Part shown: piece after piece, positions 8,131 to 16,735 of the stretch
Layout of the letters: each line of letters begins with the position of its first letter
Numbering within the stretch: the stretch's first letter is position 1
Source of the DNA: a virus
Lineage: Duplodnaviria > Caudoviricetes
DNA: 63,358 bases
Reading direction: 5' to 3' (one strand)
Virus record (IMG/VR): IMGVR_UViG_3300044728_000197
Coordinates: 1 to 63,358 of that record
Notes under the pieces: model-generated
Database searches by the model: none
What the model was told of the DNA's origin: nothing
What the model saw: the letters and a program-made list of their open reading frames with translations, nothing else
Translations under genes and position numbers: made by a program

Positions 8131-8481
8131 ATGACCAAGCAACGCACCCAGTTCGACGCGGCCCTCATCGCCGACCCGGCGCGCCGCGCTGCCCTCTTTG
8201 CCGCCGCTCGCAAGATCGATCCGCGCGTTTCCGGGTATACCGGCAGCGACAGCGACGGGAATCACCACATGCAAGTCTGGGGCGACGCGGTCGATGTTGT
8301 CGTCCCCGCCTCGGCGCTGACCGAGTCCCCCCGGTTCGACGTTTCCGACCTCGGCACCTTCTCGCTCGCCGAGATGCTGGAGACGAACTATCACGACGAG
8401 GACTTCTGCGAGTGGGCAAAGTCCTGCCCCATCGGCGCAGCCTACGACGGTGGAGGCGAGCCCTGCGTCCGCATCGCCTGA
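8131..8481 (+). CDS. hypothetical protein (first early gene)
   Basis: GGAG RBS then ATG at 8131; no HTH or S24 motif. Confidence 0.65.
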   Translation: MTKQRTQFDAALIADPARRAALFAAARKIDPRVSGYTGSDSDGNHHMQVWGDAVDVVVPASALTESPRFDVSDLGTFSLAEMLETNYHDEDFCEWAKSCPIGAAYDGGGEPCVRIA

Positions 8482-8531
8482 ATCGATCAACAACCATTTG
8501 GGTCGCTAGTCAGTGGCCCGGGAGAGCAGAG

Positions 8532-8699
8532 ATGAACGCAGCAGAGACGGTCGCCCTCTACGTCGGCGCCGACCCGAAGTACATCAAGGGCCGCATTGGT
8601 GCCGCGCTCATCCACATGAATGACGCGCGTCTAAGCGCCGAACAAGTCGCCTATTGGCAAGCCGTGGCCGATGGCTGCGCGCGTTTGCTCGCCGCGTGA
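8532..8699 (+). CDS. hypothetical protein
   Basis: GGAGAG RBS, MNAAETVAL. Confidence 0.5.
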   Translation: MNAAETVALYVGADPKYIKGRIGAALIHMNDARLSAEQVAYWQAVADGCARLLAA

Positions 8700-8706
8700 A
8701 CAGATC

Positions 8707-8964
8707 ATGAGCAGTCGATACGGCAAACGAGCCGCCGCGCATCAAGTCGCTGTCAACGCGATCCTGGCGCCCGCCCCGTTGGGGGGCATCAACCCGAACG
8801 AATCTGACCCGCTGGTGTTGTGGGCGGAGATTGCGCGCCTGCGCGCCGCCACGTGGGGGCCGCATGGCTATTCCTCATGGCAGGAAGCGGCCACAGCCGA
8901 GCGCATCCGTCGCGTCGAGGCAGAGCGCGCCCTCGCAGAAATGAAAAAAGGAGAGTCCGCATGA
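8707..8964 (+). CDS. hypothetical protein
   Basis: MSSRYGK...SWQEAATAERIRRV. Confidence 0.55.
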   Translation: MSSRYGKRAAAHQVAVNAILAPAPLGGINPNESDPLVLWAEIARLRAATWGPHGYSSWQEAATAERIRRVEAERALAEMKKGESA

Positions 8965-9128
8965 GCGCCACCCCCAACCCCCGCATCGGCCTAGATGTCC
9001 TCCTTGCCGCGTGAGCATTCCCGCACGCCCGCCCCTGCGTCCTACATCGCTAAGTGCGCTTGCCCTCAAGACCTGACTGCAAGCGCCGAATACCTTTCGT
9101 CCCCGCAACACTTGACGAGGAAACCCAG

Positions 9129-9413
9129 ATGAACCTTCCCTACTACCTGACCCCCGACGGCATCGCCAGCATCAAGGCAGCCTCGAAGGCCCTCGGCGAT
9201 GACCTCGAAGCCCGCCGCCTGCTGCGCGCAACAGCCCAGCGGCTCGACATCACCGATCGCCGGCACACTGTCGACAAGCGCGGCGCGGTGACGGTGATCT
9301 CCGGCGGCTGGACCGTCATCCGGCCGCGCTCGGATCTGGCGCGCTTCGACAGGCAGCCGGCGGACGTCACGGCGTTTATGCTCGACGACCAGATGCGCGG
9401 CGAGGCGCAATGA
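9129..9413 (+). CDS. hypothetical protein
   Basis: GAGGA RBS, MNLPYYLT. Confidence 0.6.
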   Translation: MNLPYYLTPDGIASIKAASKALGDDLEARRLLRATAQRLDITDRRHTVDKRGAVTVISGGWTVIRPRSDLARFDRQPADVTAFMLDDQMRGEAQ

Positions 9414-9682
9414 ACGCGCCCGAGCACATCGAAGAGCCGGAGGACCGCCCGGCAGACATCCGGCTCGCGCCGCGCTGGGTCTTCGACCTCGGCGTCTCCG
9501 ACAGCCTGCTCGTCCTGAAGGCCCTCGGCGGCCGGCTGGATCCGCGCGGCCGCAGCGGGAACGAGGTCGAGCAGGCGAAGGCGCTCGGCGACAAGCTGAC
9601 CGCGCTGCGAGCTCACCACGGCCGGCGCCTCCTCTCCGCGCTGCAGCGGGCCGAGGACAGGATGCACGAGGCGAAGGCATGA
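9410..9682 (+). CDS. hypothetical protein
   Basis: ATGA-coupled. Confidence 0.55.
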   Translation: MNAPEHIEEPEDRPADIRLAPRWVFDLGVSDSLLVLKALGGRLDPRGRSGNEVEQAKALGDKLTALRAHHGRRLLSALQRAEDRMHEAKA

Positions 9683-10065
9683 GCATCGGCAAACGCTTTC
9701 GCTTCGAGGGGACGCGCGCGTTCCTGGTCGAGAAGAGTCGCCTCCATTGTCTCGGGCCGCTGGGCGGGTTCAGCATGGCCAGCGATAAGGAGATCCGTCC
9801 GACCACAAAGCGATTTAACCCAAAGGAAATCGAGATCGGGCTGCCCGATCCCGGCCTGCTTGGATTCGACCTGCTCGCAGACCCGGAGCAGCCCGGGCAG
9901 GCCCTGCTCCGGCCGCGTCGTGCTGTGACTATCCTGCTCGTCTTCCCTGCTGGCGGCGGCATGGTTCAAATGCGCGGCAAAGTGCGCGCGGTCGACTACA
10001 TCGCGGAGCAGGGCCGGCTCTACTGCGCCCTGCTGCCCCTTGGCTCGCAGGAGGTTTTCCAATGA
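9679..10065 (+). CDS. hypothetical protein
   Basis: ATGA-coupled. Confidence 0.5.
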   Translation: MSIGKRFRFEGTRAFLVEKSRLHCLGPLGGFSMASDKEIRPTTKRFNPKEIEIGLPDPGLLGFDLLADPEQPGQALLRPRRAVTILLVFPAGGGMVQMRGKVRAVDYIAEQGRLYCALLPLGSQEVFQ

Positions 10066-10328
10066 AGGCCCTCGTCTTCATCCTTAGCGCCGCGACGCTA
10101 GCCCTCATCGGCTACCGCCTGCACGACATCGGCTTCCGCCTCGGCGACCTCGTCGCCTGGTGGATCCTCGCCGTCACGCTCGGCCTCGAGGCGCTGATCG
10201 TCATCGGCGGCGCGATCGAGTGGCGGAACGACCCGAGGGTCCGGAAGATCGCCGAGATGCGGATGCTCCTGGAGATGAACAAGGACGCCAAGCGGCGCGG
10301 CCGGCGTGTTCAGGAGCGGGCGATATGA
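10062..10328 (+). CDS. small two-TM membrane protein
   Basis: Two hydrophobic stretches and a basic tail. Confidence 0.6.
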   Translation: MKALVFILSAATLALIGYRLHDIGFRLGDLVAWWILAVTLGLEALIVIGGAIEWRNDPRVRKIAEMRMLLEMNKDAKRRGRRVQERAI

Positions 10329-10516
10329 AGGCGTCAGAGTTGCGTGATGCTCTCGCTGGACTCATGCAGAAGTACGGCGACTTGGACGTTTTTATCGGCA
10401 GTGACGACGGGATTGCGCCCGGCGACGTGGATGGCGTGCATGTGCGACCGCCATACGTAGATGAGTATCACAACGGACGCTATTCCTCGCCGGCGATGAT
10501 CGTCATCGAAGCATGA
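10325..10516 (+). CDS. hypothetical protein
   Basis: MKASELRDALAGLMQKYGDLDV; coupled. Confidence 0.6.
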   Translation: MKASELRDALAGLMQKYGDLDVFIGSDDGIAPGDVDGVHVRPPYVDEYHNGRYSSPAMIVIEA

Positions 10517-10761
10517 GCAGCCAGGAAGACGCCCGCCGCCTCGTCGCTGCCGAGACCGAGCGGCTGAAGGCAGCGCGGATCGCGGCCTACATCGCCGACC
10601 TCAAGCGCATGGATTGGGACTTCGAGTTCAGCGACGACCAGCGCGTCTGGTGGCGCGGAAACGATGCGCTCGCTGCGCTGAAGGCCAAGCAGTTCGACCT
10701 CGACCCGGACCTGCGGATCTGGAACGAGCACGCACCCGAGCAACACCGGAGGACAGAATGA
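10513..10761 (+). CDS. hypothetical protein
   Basis: DWDFEFSDDQRVWWRG motif; coupled. Confidence 0.65.
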   Translation: MSSQEDARRLVAAETERLKAARIAAYIADLKRMDWDFEFSDDQRVWWRGNDALAALKAKQFDLDPDLRIWNEHAPEQHRRTE

Positions 10762-11003
10762 CGACGAAGAAGCGAGCAGCGAAGAAGCCGGACCCGTTCA
10801 AAGCCCCGCGCGAGTTCGCGAAGGCAGTGAAGGCGAAGATCGCCGTCCCGAGCGATCCGTCCCGGCCCTATGTTCCGCTGACGACGACGGCGCCCGACAT
10901 CGCGGCGACCTGGGCGCGCTTCGGCTTCGTCCCGCCCTCGCAGAAGAAGGCGCAGGCCGAGGCAGAGGCAGCGAAGCCGCAGCAGCTGAGGCGGGCGAAA
11001 TGA
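10758..11003 (+). CDS. hypothetical protein
   Basis: GGAGG RBS; DIAATWARFGFVPPS. Confidence 0.6.
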   Translation: MTTKKRAAKKPDPFKAPREFAKAVKAKIAVPSDPSRPYVPLTTTAPDIAATWARFGFVPPSQKKAQAEAEAAKPQQLRRAK

Positions 11004-11234
11004 GCGCCTGGATCGATCGCCTCTGCTGGCTCGCCGTCTTCGCCCTGATCGTCTGGGCGACGGATTGGGCGGTGCGGCACTCGCCCTGGTGGCTGTCGTG
11101 AGCCAGCGCCAGTTCTTCTGCCTCTGCAGCGTGACGCTGCTTGCGCCATATATGGGGCGGCTCCCGGCGTTGATTCTGGGCGCGATCTGCGTCGTCCTGA
11201 TGCTCGTCTCTCCGATGGCCACGGAGCAGCAGCC

Positions 11235-11420
11235 ATGACGCCGCGCGTCCAAATTGGCGAGACGCTTTACTGGCAGATGACCGAGCCGACCATCGGCCAG
11301 CAGATCCAGACCCGCGACGGCCAAGCGATCATCAGAACGGCCGAGCAATCGCCTGAGGACAACGGCTGGCTCTTCACGGTCGAGCACTACACGCTCGACA
11401 ACCCGGCGGAGTCGCCATGA
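11235..11420 (+). CDS. hypothetical protein
   Basis: Coupled to the next gene. Confidence 0.5.
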   Translation: MTPRVQIGETLYWQMTEPTIGQQIQTRDGQAIIRTAEQSPEDNGWLFTVEHYTLDNPAESP

Positions 11421-11779
11421 AGCACAAGGTATCCGACCTCGAAGGGGCGCTGCTCGATGCAGCAGTGGCGAAGGCCGAAGGGCGCGAGTTGCTCGACGTA
11501 GCCGGGAAGCGCGCCGCAGCGACATTCGTAGGCTCCATCGCCTCGGTATTCCTAGAGTGGGCGCCGTCGACGAACTGGCAGCACGGCGGCCCGATCATCG
11601 ATCGCGAGCGGATCGGCACCCACTTCGACAAGTCGCGCGACTGCTGGTTCGCCATGCTGCCGCGAGTCCCTGGCGATTGGAGTCGGCCACTCGTAGACGC
11701 GCAGGGAGCGACTCCTCTCATCGCCGCGATGCGCGCCTACGCCGCCAGCAAGGTCGGCGGGGAGGTCGAGCTGCCATGA
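11417..11779 (+). CDS. DUF2591/NinX-family phage protein (copy 1)
   Basis: LDAAVAKAEG...PSTNWQHGGPII...GATPLIAAMRAYAASKVG. Confidence 0.8.
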   Translation: MKHKVSDLEGALLDAAVAKAEGRELLDVAGKRAAATFVGSIASVFLEWAPSTNWQHGGPIIDRERIGTHFDKSRDCWFAMLPRVPGDWSRPLVDAQGATPLIAAMRAYAASKVGGEVELP

Positions 11780-11867
11780 AACGCGAACCTCGCTCCCGCT
11801 ACATCTACACGGCGATCCTCGTCGCGCTGCCCTGGCTTCTGGGCGGGGCGCTCTGGATGATCTTCCG

Positions 11868-12254
11868 ATGAGCTTCCACTGCCCAGACCGCGGCCGGATC
11901 ATGACGGGAAGGTTCGCCTCGCGAGACGGCGACAACTTCGGCGCATTCTTCATCGCCTCGCCGGACCGTCGCGAACGCGCGCCGCTGAAGATCATCGCCA
12001 GCGACGGTCGCGACGACTCGGGCGAGATCGATATCGCCTGCCTGCCGCATCGTTGCCCGACTTGGGAGGAGATGTGCCACGTCAAAGGCATCTTCTGGGC
12101 TGCCGAGGACGCTGTCATGCAACTGCACCCGCCGGCGAGCGAGAACATATCGAACCACTCCTACTGTCTGCACCTATGGCGCCCCACGCAGCAGGCGATT
12201 CCGATGCCGCCTGCGTGGACGGTCGGCGACAAATCGCTAGGGACGCTGGTATGA
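11868..12254 (+). CDS. conserved phage protein
   Basis: CPTWEEMCHVKGIFW...QLHPP...NHSYCLHLWRP. Confidence 0.75.
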   Translation: MSFHCPDRGRIMTGRFASRDGDNFGAFFIASPDRRERAPLKIIASDGRDDSGEIDIACLPHRCPTWEEMCHVKGIFWAAEDAVMQLHPPASENISNHSYCLHLWRPTQQAIPMPPAWTVGDKSLGTLV

Positions 12255-12387
12255 GCGCGATCGTCGGCTTTGTCCTGATCGTTGTCGCCTGCATTGCCTC
12301 CGGCACCTATCTGGTCGCCACCGAGCACTACGGGTGGGCCTGGATCCCGTTCCTGCTCTGCGGGTGCTTCAGAGTGACGGACGCGAA

Positions 12388-12534
12388 ATGACCCGCGAGC
12401 TCGACGACCGCCAGGAGATGCTGCACCGCGTCGACACGCACAAGACGCGGCCGGCAGCGCTCGAGCCGAGCCGGATCGTGCGGCGGCTCTCCTGGTGGCA
12501 GCGGTTCCTGCGCGCGATCAGCGGGCGAAAGTAA
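12388..12534 (+). CDS. hypothetical protein
   Basis: Coupled short ORF MTRELDDR. Confidence 0.4.
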   Translation: MTRELDDRQEMLHRVDTHKTRPAALEPSRIVRRLSWWQRFLRAISGRK

Positions 12535-12580
12535 TCGGCGAAGCCGGCGGCCATCCAGCCGGCACAGAAGAAAGCACGAC

Positions 12581-13525
12581 ATGGGAAACGAAGTGACAGA
12601 GGTGCGAATCGGCAGCGAGGGCGGCCGCGATGGGCACCTGCAGCAGGGCGCTATCGCTCAGCGCGGCGAGACGTTCAACCTGACGCCGAGGAACCTGAAC
12701 GAGGCGATGCAGTTGGCCGAGCTGCTCGCATCTAGCGAGTACGTCCCGAAAGACTATCGCGGCAAGCCCGGGAACGTCTTGGTCGCCGTGCAGTGGGGCC
12801 ACGAGATCGGGCTGAAGCCGCTGCAAGCGATGCAGAACCTCTCCGTCATCAATGGCCGCCCGTCGCTCTGGGGCGACGCCATGATCGCGCTCGTTCGCAA
12901 CTCGCCGCTCTGCGAGTACATCGTCGAAACCGAGGACGCCGCAGGGACCGCCTTCTGCCAGGTCAAGCGCCGCGGCGAGGTCGAGCAGGTCCGGAAGTTC
13001 TCGGACGCCGATGCGAAGAAGGCCGACCTGCTCGGCAAGGCCGGCCCCTGGTCGACGAGTCCGAAGCGCATGAAGCAGATGCGGGCCCGCGCCTTCGCGC
13101 TCCGGGACGTCTTCGCCGACGTCCTCAAAGGGATGGCGATGGCCGAGGAGGTCATGGACCTGCCGGCCGAGGGCACCGCGCCGACTCCGCTCGATCAGCT
13201 CGCCGGCGCAGCGCCCGCGGTGCCGAAGGAACTGCTCGACGCCGCGCAGAAAGCCGCAGGCGATGGCCGCGACGCCTTCGCGGCCTGGTTCAAAGACAAG
13301 CAGAACGGCGGCCAGACGACGAAGGTCGAGCGCGAGCTGCTGAAGTTCAGCCTCGACGATCTGAAGGGGATCGCGCTGCGGGCCGACGAGAAGCGCGCGG
13401 AGGCCGCGGCTTCGACGACGGCGGCCGCCGCCTCCGGCGAGCAAGTGGTGATCAATCCGAACACGACGAGCAGCGCCAGCGAGGGGCCGACCTTCGGCGA
13501 CGACTCGCTCGGCGGGCAGGCGTGA
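12581..13525 (+). CDS. RecT/Red-beta-like single-strand annealing recombinase
   Basis: VPKDYRGKPGNVLVAVQWGHEIGLKPLQAMQNLSVINGRPSLWGD...PKRMKQMRARAFALRDVFADVL; next to an exonuclease. Confidence 0.85.
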   Translation: MGNEVTEVRIGSEGGRDGHLQQGAIAQRGETFNLTPRNLNEAMQLAELLASSEYVPKDYRGKPGNVLVAVQWGHEIGLKPLQAMQNLSVINGRPSLWGDAMIALVRNSPLCEYIVETEDAAGTAFCQVKRRGEVEQVRKFSDADAKKADLLGKAGPWSTSPKRMKQMRARAFALRDVFADVLKGMAMAEEVMDLPAEGTAPTPLDQLAGAAPAVPKELLDAAQKAAGDGRDAFAAWFKDKQNGGQTTKVERELLKFSLDDLKGIALRADEKRAEAAASTTAAAASGEQVVINPNTTSSASEGPTFGDDSLGGQA

Positions 13526-13947
13526 GGCGATACGTCATCGAGACGGACGGCCGCGGCAACTGCAACGTGCTCGACGAGTACGGGCGCGAGACGAAGCAGC
13601 TGACGCTCGGCGAGATGCTCGAGCAAATGGTCTCGCTCTGCCACCGCGGCCTCGGCGAGCCGCAGTTCGGGATGATGACGCCCGAGGCCTGGGACGCGCG
13701 CTGGGAGGCTTCGGCTGAGCGCGGGCGACTGAACGAATCGCCGCGCGATCTTTTCCTGCGGGCCATCGTGGCCGGCGTCGCTCGCTGGATTCCGAGCCCG
13801 GACGATCCGACGATCGGAAACATGGCGATCAAAGAAGGTGGGGGCCGCACGGAGCTGCGCTTGAACGTGCGCGTCGATGATCGCGGGCGCCCAGAGATCG
13901 ACGGGCACGTCGCCGCCTATCTGCGCTCCACGCTAGGCGAGTCGTGA
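13522..13947 (+). CDS. hypothetical protein
   Basis: GTG start overlapping the recombinase stop. Confidence 0.55.
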   Translation: MRRYVIETDGRGNCNVLDEYGRETKQLTLGEMLEQMVSLCHRGLGEPQFGMMTPEAWDARWEASAERGRLNESPRDLFLRAIVAGVARWIPSPDDPTIGNMAIKEGGGRTELRLNVRVDDRGRPEIDGHVAAYLRSTLGES

Positions 13948-14576
13948 AGATCATCGACGTCGAGCAGGGGACCGATGCCTGGATGCAGGCCCGCCTGGGC
14001 CTTGCCACGGCCTCCTGCTTCCAGGACATCATCGCCGAGTCGCGCTCGAAGACGCAGGAGAGCACGAGCCGGCGCAATCTGCGGCTGAAGCTGGTGCTCG
14101 AGCGGATCACGGGCCGGAAGGCGCAGAGCTTCGAGTCCTTCGCGACGAGGCAAGGAACAGAGCGGGAGCCTGCGGCGCGCCTCGCCTACGAGATCGAGAC
14201 GGGCGAGACGGTGACGCAGGTCGGCTTCGTTCGCCATGCGGTACTAGAGGCTGGCGCGAGCCCAGACGGATTGACCGTCGACGGCGGGCTCGAGATCAAG
14301 TCACCGCAGCCCGCCGCGCACCTGTTCGTCCTGCGCTCAGGCAAGGTCCCGGCCGAGTACGTCGCGCAGGTGCAGGGTGGGCTCTGGCTCTGCCAGCGCA
14401 AGGTCTGGAGCTTCTGCTCGTACAACCCGGAGTTCTCCGAGCGCTTGCAGTTGAAGATCATCCGCGTCCCGCGCGACCAGGCCTACATCGACCGCCTCGC
14501 CGCAGAGGTCACCGTCTTCCTCGACGAGGTTCGCGAGGAAGTGGCAGAGCTCGTCCGAATGGAGGCAGCAGCATGA
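13944..14576 (+). CDS. YqaJ-like (lambda exonuclease family) exonuclease
   Basis: EQGTDAWMQARLGLATAS...GASPDGL...LEIKSP...Y.AQVQG. Confidence 0.92.
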   Translation: MKIIDVEQGTDAWMQARLGLATASCFQDIIAESRSKTQESTSRRNLRLKLVLERITGRKAQSFESFATRQGTEREPAARLAYEIETGETVTQVGFVRHAVLEAGASPDGLTVDGGLEIKSPQPAAHLFVLRSGKVPAEYVAQVQGGLWLCQRKVWSFCSYNPEFSERLQLKIIRVPRDQAYIDRLAAEVTVFLDEVREEVAELVRMEAAA

Positions 14577-14824
14577 GCATGGAATACAAGCAATGGCGGG
14601 CGCTGAGCGAGGCGCTCGCTGTCGAACTCTGGGCGCAGGCCGGCGCAGACATGATGATCCCGGCAGCGCAAGGACGGGCAGCGGCCCTGCGCGCGAAAGC
14701 CGCCTCCGACGCGAATCAAGCCGATCACGGCGTAAAGCTGTGGCGCGGCTATCGGTACTCCGCCGGAGAGGTGCTGATCGCGCTGGAGCACCTGGGGTAT
14801 TCAGTCGAGGGAGCCAAACCATGA
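14573..14824 (+). CDS. hypothetical protein
   Basis: Coupled ORF. Confidence 0.5.
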   Translation: MSMEYKQWRALSEALAVELWAQAGADMMIPAAQGRAAALRAKAASDANQADHGVKLWRGYRYSAGEVLIALEHLGYSVEGAKP

Positions 14825-15069
14825 GCCAAGGCGGAAAACTCTCCCGCTACTTCAGGGAGCAGATGCTCGCCGGCAACAAGGACGCGCTCCGCGGCGCGGC
14901 GCTGGTGGTCCGGGTCGGATCGATCGTCAACGGAGTTGTCGAGTTGTCGCTCGTCGTGCAGGACAGCGAGGAGCGCGAGCTAGTGACCGCCGCGTCAGCC
15001 CGCCTGTATGAGGGCGATTCGTTCACGGTGACCGAGCTTGACATGGCGTTCGTCGTCACGGTCGCATGA
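14821..15069 (+). CDS. hypothetical protein
   Basis: Start re-called at MSQGGKL (ATGA overlap). Confidence 0.5.
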   Translation: MSQGGKLSRYFREQMLAGNKDALRGAALVVRVGSIVNGVVELSLVVQDSEERELVTAASARLYEGDSFTVTELDMAFVVTVA

Positions 15070-15404
15070 AGCACAAAACCGCCGACCTCTCCGGCCGCAG
15101 GCTCGACGCTGCGGTCGCGCTCGCGTGCAGGACCGCGCCGGTGAGCAGCCAGCCGGAGCGCAAAGCGGACTGGCGGCCGTCGACGGACTGGGCGCAGGGC
15201 GGGCCGATCATCGACGGTGCGCGGATCACGCTGAAGGCGAGCACCACGCCAGATGCTCAGCCCTGGTACGCCTGGACGCTCGCTCCCCTGCCTGGCTCGG
15301 AAGGCGGCTTTCAGACCTGGGGCCACTACGGGCCGACGCTGCTGATCGCAGCGATGCGGGCCTTCGTGGCGTCGAAGCTCGGCGCAGAGGTAGACCTGCC
15401 ATGA
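15066..15404 (+). CDS. DUF2591/NinX-family phage protein (copy 2)
   Basis: LDAAVALA...PSTDWAQGGPII...GPTLLIAAMRAFVASKLG. Confidence 0.8.
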   Translation: MKHKTADLSGRRLDAAVALACRTAPVSSQPERKADWRPSTDWAQGGPIIDGARITLKASTTPDAQPWYAWTLAPLPGSEGGFQTWGHYGPTLLIAAMRAFVASKLGAEVDLP

Positions 15405-15685
15405 TTTCGCGCCGCAATCTCCTCGCCGGCATCCTCGCATCAGGCATTGCGCCTGCGGGATTCTCCAGCGGCATTGGCCGCGTGCTCATGCCGGTGCGCC
15501 CGCTTGCGGATCGAACGCTCTTCACGTTTGGCGTGGACGTGCTACTGGACTTGCCAGCGGTCCCGTTCAGCGGCATCCGGAGAGTCTGGTCAAACGAGCA
15601 GCTTATCTGGATCGATGAGGAGCCCTCTAGCGCGATTAGTTTCCCGCCGCCGAAGGACTGGTCCGAGATCTTGCGGCTTCCATGA
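15401..15685 (+). CDS. small protein with a twin-arginine-like N-terminus
   Basis: MISRRNLLAGILASGIAPA. Confidence 0.55.
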   Translation: MISRRNLLAGILASGIAPAGFSSGIGRVLMPVRPLADRTLFTFGVDVLLDLPAVPFSGIRRVWSNEQLIWIDEEPSSAISFPPPKDWSEILRLP

Positions 15686-15872
15686 GTATGATTCCCGAAT
15701 ACACCCCAAGGGGGGCTAACCGCGCTACTGAGCGCGGGAGTGCAGGTCATGGTTCCGGTCGGCGTGCGAGCCAGCCGGACGAGGGTCAATCGGACACCGC
15801 GCTCGCATGCCTCGTCCCCCGCTTCGCGTCGTCGTCTATAGCGACCCGGCTCTCCCCCTTCGGGGGGCCGCG

Positions 15873-16385
15873 ATGAACGACGAGTTCAGCGCCGTATGCT
15901 TCTCGCCAGACGACGCCCACGCTGCGGCGACGCAGGCCTACGCCCACGCGAAGGCGATCATCGCCAACGGCCAGAACGCGCTGATCGAGTGCCGCCAAGC
16001 GCTCGAGCCGATCACGGTCAAGCAGCGGAAATTCCTCCACGGCGTCGTCCTGGTTCAGGTCAGCGAGCAGGTCGCGATCGAGGGGCACCGCTACACGGTC
16101 GCGATCTGGAAAGACTACTTCCGGAACCTCTTCCTGCCCGACGTCTGGAAGATGGTCGACGTCCCGCCGAAGTGGGACAAGACGCTCGGCCGCCTCGTAC
16201 AGCCGAAGCGCGAGCAGATGCCGAAGCGCATCCGCCAGAGCACCGAGGAATTGGGCGTGCGCGCCTATTCCGAATTCACCGAGAAGATCATCGACTACGC
16301 GACCGTCGAGTGGGGCGTTTCGTTCCACTTCACGAACGAAGACCAGGCGCTGCGGCGCACCAAACCGAAAGGGCAGCCAGCATGA
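15873..16385 (+). CDS. NinB-like recombination accessory protein
   Basis: TVKQRKFLHG...WKDYFRNLFL...RQSTEELGVRAYSEFTEKIIDYA...GVSF. Confidence 0.7.
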   Translation: MNDEFSAVCFSPDDAHAAATQAYAHAKAIIANGQNALIECRQALEPITVKQRKFLHGVVLVQVSEQVAIEGHRYTVAIWKDYFRNLFLPDVWKMVDVPPKWDKTLGRLVQPKREQMPKRIRQSTEELGVRAYSEFTEKIIDYATVEWGVSFHFTNEDQALRRTKPKGQPA

Positions 16386-16735
16386 TCCTCTCCTACATCG
16401 CCGGCGCGATCGCGCTGACCTCCCTCGCCGTCCTGGGGCTGAGCCTGCTCCAGTTGCATCGAACGAAGCGGTATCTGCAGAAGGTGCACGCCTCCGTCGA
16501 GGCCGCGAACGACGCGGCGCCCGCTTGGGACCGGGGGGCGCTCTTTCCAGCGGTCTGGAATGTCATCGAAGCCAGCGACCGGCGCCTGCTGCTCTGCGAT
16601 CACCACCTGTCGATCCGCGACCTCGGCGACCCGGGCTGGATGCTGAAGGGCTGCCCGCTCGAGCCTGCGCCCGCAGGGTCTCAATGCGTGCACTGCCTCG
16701 CCGATTTCTACACCGGAGCCCCCGCCTGCCAATGA
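16382..16735 (+). CDS. membrane-anchored hypothetical protein
   Basis: N-terminal TM segment; C-terminal CVHC. Confidence 0.5.
   Translation: MILSYIAGAIALTSLAVLGLSLLQLHRTKRYLQKVHASVEAANDAAPAWDRGALFPAVWNVIEASDRRLLLCDHHLSIRDLGDPGWMLKGCPLEPAPAGSQCVHCLADFYTGAPACQ

Noticed and set aside
15854-15867. CCCCC-TTCG-GGGGG hairpin before the ninB-like gene
   Set aside because: There is no U-tract and the stem is short, which is insufficient to call a terminator or an RNA gene.
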